64,000 bases of DNA. It comes from Syntrophales bacterium. Its GTDB lineage: Bacteria; Desulfobacterota; Syntrophia; Syntrophales; UBA2210. A model generated the notes under the pieces. It saw nothing but the letters and a program-made list of their open reading frames with translations. It did not search any database and was not told the DNA's origin. Positions 60,714 to 64,000 of the stretch are shown here, in pieces. The first letter of the stretch is position 1. Every line of letters begins with the position of its first letter. Position numbers and translations under genes: made by a program. Location of the stretch: the NCBI GenBank assembly GCA_963662405.2, contig CAXXKT010000001.1, positions 1,664,001 through 1,728,000 on the forward strand, written 5' to 3'.

Positions 60714-62773
60714 TTCACCTTTTCCTTTTCCGGTATCAATTCAGCATTTTTCAGCCATACCGTGGCCTCGCTGTCACTGGGGGCGCGGTAGTCTCCCCGC
60801 GGTGAGAGCGATCCCCCCGACCCCACCTTGGGGGCGTTCGGGATGCAGGATCTCTTGAACTGGCTGGTCTTGAAGAACCGATACAAAAAAACCTGCAGCC
60901 AATGTCTGATCTCGCCGATCGTGTAGGCCCGCCTCTTGTGTTCGGGAACGGCCGGCCATGAACCCCTGTTCTTGTCCCGCCACGCACAGTACGCCATGAA
61001 GGCGATCTTGGTGGGGAGATACCCGAACCGTGTGGTATAAAAGGTGTTGAAGTCCTGCAGTTCATACGGTCCGATCGTCTCCTCCGTCACCTGCGCCGGT
61101 TGGTCTCCGTTTTCTCCCGGTACCAGCTCCGGGCTGATCTCCGTCTCCAGGATGTCCAGCAGGATTGTTGAGGTTTCCCCGCCGAATTGTTCGGACTGCG
61201 CCACCCAGCGGATCAGGTACTGTATCAGGGTCTTGGGGACGCTCGCGTTGACGTTGTAGTGTGACATGTGATCACCGACACCGTATGTACACCACCCGAG
61301 AGCCAGTTCGCTCAGGTCGCCCGTCCCGACGACGATCCCCCCCCGCAGATTGGCGATTCGGAAGAGATGCGACGTCCGCTCTCCCGCCTGGACGTTCTCG
61401 AAGGTGATGTCGTAGACAGGATCTTCCTGGGCGAAGGGGTGACCGATATCCCGGAACATCTGGCGGCAGCTCTCCCTGATGTCGATCTCGTTTGCCTCGA
61501 CCCCCAAGGATTTCATCAGGGCCGTCGCGTTTGCGTAGGTCTTTTCCGATGTGGCGAAGCCGGGCATCGTGTAGGCCTTGATGTTGGTGCGGGGGAGGCC
61601 GAGGAGGTCCATCGTCCGCGCCGTCACGATCAGGGCATGGGTCGAATCGAGGCCTCCCGACACGCCGATCACGAGATTTCCAAGTCCTGAGGACCTCACC
61701 CGCTGCGCGAGGCCCCCCACCTGTATGTTGTAGGCCTCGTAGCACCGCTGGTCCCGCTTGCTCTGATCCGACGGGATATAGGGATAACGGGCGTACTCCC
61801 TACTCAGGAGGAGTTTTTTTTTTGCTGGTACCTCGACGGTGAAGGGGATCTTCCGGAACCGGGCGACGGCCTCACGGTGGGTTCGCGCGTTCTGCCCGAA
61901 ACCGGTCATCCGCATCCGGTCCTGGACGAGACGGTCCAGGTCGATATCGGCTTGGATGATCTGGGCTTCCTGTGAGAAGCGCTGCGATTCCGCGAGGAGA
62001 TTACCGTTCTCACATATTATGGCATGACCGTCCCACGCCAGATCGGTGGTCGATTCCCCGGGACCCGAGCCGGCGTAGAGATAAGCGGCTAGGAGCCGAG
62101 CCGACTGGTTCATGACGAGGCTGGTGCGGTATTCAGCCTTCCCCACGGTGATATTGGAGGCGGACAGGTTGGCGATGACCGTGGCGCCAGCCAAGGCCGC
62201 AAAGCTCGACGGGGGGATGGAGACCCATACGTCTTCGCATATCTCGAGAAAGAGACTGAAGTTTTTTATATTCTTTGCCTCAAATAGTAAGTCGGCACCG
62301 AAGGGGATATTAGTTTGGCCACAGAGGTCGATCTCCTTCGAGATGATTTCCTCGGCGGGGCTGAACTGGCGCCCCTCGTAGAACTCTCGGTAGTTGGGGA
62401 GGTATGACTTGACCCCGATCCCCAGGATCTTCCCCCGATAAAGGAGCAGGCCGCAGTTGAAGAGGAGCGTATCGACCCGCAGGGGCGCGCCGACGGCCAT
62501 GATCATGTTGAGATTACGGGTCTCGTCGAGGAGGGTCTCCAGGGCGGCGAGGGTCCCCTCCAGGAGGGCGTCCTGATGGAAGAGATCCTCGTTCGAGTAG
62601 GCCGATATCCCCAGTTCCGGGAAGAGGGTGAAGAGGGCCCCCTCTTCCACGGCCTTCTTCGCCAGTTCGACGGTGCGCGCGGTGTTGAAATCGGGGTCCG
62701 CGACCCGGACCTCCGGGATACAGACGGCGGTCTTTATGAAGCCGTGGTTATAGAGGTTAAAAAACTGCTCCAT
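60710..62773 (-). CDS. nadE: Glutamine-dependent NAD+ synthetase
   Basis: Nitrilase domain [19 protein letters not shown]; synthetase SGGLDST, ENVQA, GTGDLSE; AGGAG RBS before ATG 62773. Confidence 0.97.
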   Translation of the reverse strand: MEQFFNLYNHGFIKTAVCIPEVRVADPDFNTARTVELAKKAVEEGALFTLFPELGISAYSNEDLFHQDALLEGTLAALETLLDETRNLNMIMAVGAPLRVDTLLFNCGLLLYRGKILGIGVKSYLPNYREFYEGRQFSPAEEIISKEIDLCGQTNIPFGADLLFEAKNIKNFSLFLEICEDVWVSIPPSSFAALAGATVIANLSASNITVGKAEYRTSLVMNQSARLLAAYLYAGSGPGESTTDLAWDGHAIICENGNLLAESQRFSQEAQIIQADIDLDRLVQDRMRMTGFGQNARTHREAVARFRKIPFTVEVPAKKKLLLSREYARYPYIPSDQSKRDQRCYEAYNIQVGGLAQRVRSSGLGNLVIGVSGGLDSTHALIVTARTMDLLGLPRTNIKAYTMPGFATSEKTYANATALMKSLGVEANEIDIRESCRQMFRDIGHPFAQEDPVYDITFENVQAGERTSHLFRIANLRGGIVVGTGDLSELALGWCTYGVGDHMSHYNVNASVPKTLIQYLIRWVAQSEQFGGETSTILLDILETEISPELVPGENGDQPAQVTEETIGPYELQDFNTFYTTRFGYLPTKIAFMAYCAWRDKNRGSWPAVPEHKRRAYTIGEIRHWLQVFLYRFFKTSQFKRSCIPNAPKVGSGGSLSPRGDYRAPSDSEATVWLKNAELIPEKEKVK

Positions 62774-62835
62774 TTCTCCTCTTTTCAAGGGGGTATATAT
62801 CCCGCTCGTTTCGAAAAATTTCAATATATGAGAGA

Positions 62836-62864
62836 ATACTAGGGAAGCGGGGAGGTTTTGTCAA
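62836..62864 (-). promoter_or_regulatory. Putative sigma70 promoter of nadE
   Basis: Minus strand TTGACA-N17-TAGTAT. Confidence 0.65.
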
Positions 62865-62873
62865 TACTATCTT

Positions 62874-63452
62874 TTATCTGGAACAGTTATCGTGGATGCG
62901 CAGGGCGAGCCGCCCGGCGGATTCCATGTCCTCGTCCAAGGAGAGGAAGCCGTGATTTCTCATGATGATGAAGCGATGGTCGTCCAGTATCTCCAAGACA
63001 CGCTGCACGAGGGCCACCGATCCGAAGGGTTCCTCCCGCCGGGTGATGGGAATGCCCATCTCCTCCGCACGCTCGAGGATGGGGGCACAGTGGCCGTGGA
63101 AGATCGCGTTGATGTCGCTTCGTGCCTTGTAGATCTCGAAGTGGAGGATGCTCTCGGACGAAGGCTCCCGCGTACCGCTCGCATGGACGGTCTTCTGATC
63201 GAGACTGCAATCATGGACGCGGACGAAGGCCTCCGCGGAAAGGTTGTTCTTCAGTTCAAGTTGCGAGGCGGTAATGACAAAAGAGCTCTCTCCTCGTGCC
63301 GCTCTGAAGCTCAGGTTACCCAGGGAACTTCCCTCGTAGGAAGGGGTGAGGCCCTGCTCGTGGAACCTCTTGCACCACCTCTTCAGTTCCTCCAAGGCGG
63401 GATCGCGGGGAGGGAGATTGTCGGTAAAGGTAGTCGTAAAGCTGACCCTCAT
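62874..63452 (-). CDS. Class II aldolase/adducin-family protein
   Basis: GNLSFR, PSSE...H..IY, AIFHGH, RNHG. Confidence 0.87.
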   Translation of the reverse strand: MRVSFTTTFTDNLPPRDPALEELKRWCKRFHEQGLTPSYEGSSLGNLSFRAARGESSFVITASQLELKNNLSAEAFVRVHDCSLDQKTVHASGTREPSSESILHFEIYKARSDINAIFHGHCAPILERAEEMGIPITRREEPFGSVALVQRVLEILDDHRFIIMRNHGFLSLDEDMESAGRLALRIHDNCSR

Positions 63453-63931
63453 ATCGCCACCTGGACCGGTTTTGGGCTCAGGATCCGCTTCATGTCCGCC
63501 GGGTCCATCTCGGCGAGGAGGCCGCGGTGCCCGGCATTTATCAGCATCCGGGGGAGATCCAGAATGCTCTCCTCCACGTAGATCGGCATAGTCTTGCGTG
63601 TGCCGAAGGGGGAGGTTCCCCCCACCTTGTACCCCGTGTGTCTCTGCGCGACGGCGGGATCGCAGGGGGTGATCGTCTTTGTCCCGACCGTCCGTGCCAG
63701 GGTTTTTGTCGAGACCTCCCGGTCCCCGTGCATCAGGATGATAAGGGGATTTTTGTGTTCATCCTCCATGACGAGTGTCTTGACGGTCTGATGCTCATCA
63801 CATCCCAGCTCGCGTGCTGCCACCTTTGTTCCCCCGTGCTCCTGGTATTTGTAAGGGCGGAGGGTGAAGGTGACACCGTTTTCCCTGAGGACGCGAAGGG
63901 CCGGTGTTGAGGGGATCTTTTCTTTTGCCAT
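63449..63931 (-). CDS. ybaK: Cys-tRNA(Pro) deacylase
   Basis: TPA, VKTLV, TGY.VGGTSPFG, INAG.RG; ATG 63931. Confidence 0.92.
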   Translation of the reverse strand: MAKEKIPSTPALRVLRENGVTFTLRPYKYQEHGGTKVAARELGCDEHQTVKTLVMEDEHKNPLIILMHGDREVSTKTLARTVGTKTITPCDPAVAQRHTGYKVGGTSPFGTRKTMPIYVEESILDLPRMLINAGHRGLLAEMDPADMKRILSPKPVQVAI

Positions 63932-64000
63932 GATTCCAAGCTTTTTGACGCACCGATCAGGCACTACACCGCATCTTTTCACGGAGAGGCGTACAGGAAA

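Overview
Bacterial chromosomal window, probably from a Desulfobacterota/Syntrophales-like deltaproteobacterium (inferred from gene content, not from a search). 1-9.8 kb is the distal S10-spc-alpha ribosomal superoperon (rpmC end to rplQ, with secY, map, infA, rpmJ, rpoA), ending in a terminator and followed by a small EF-Tu-domain-like gene and folC. 11.7-58.9 kb is an exosortase/EpsI (PEP-CTERM-type) exopolysaccharide locus in four blocks: (-) GAF/degenerate-GGDEF protein plus priming sugar transferase; (+) BY pseudokinase, co-polymerase and outer-membrane beta-barrel; (-) a SPOR-FN3-OPX fusion, a Cys-repeat lipoprotein and two OmpA/TSP3 lipoproteins; (+) a ~35-kb biosynthetic run containing an AT-rich module interrupted by an IS481-family element that itself carries an IS3-family element. 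59-64 kb holds a YajD-like HNH gene, an FkbM methyltransferase, a Zn-ribbon gene, nadE, a class II aldolase and ybaK. The best candidates for undescribed biology are a peptidoglycan-anchored OPX/beta-barrel export machine and a lipid-carrier amino-sugar transfer module. All calls come from reading motifs by eye; no searches were run.
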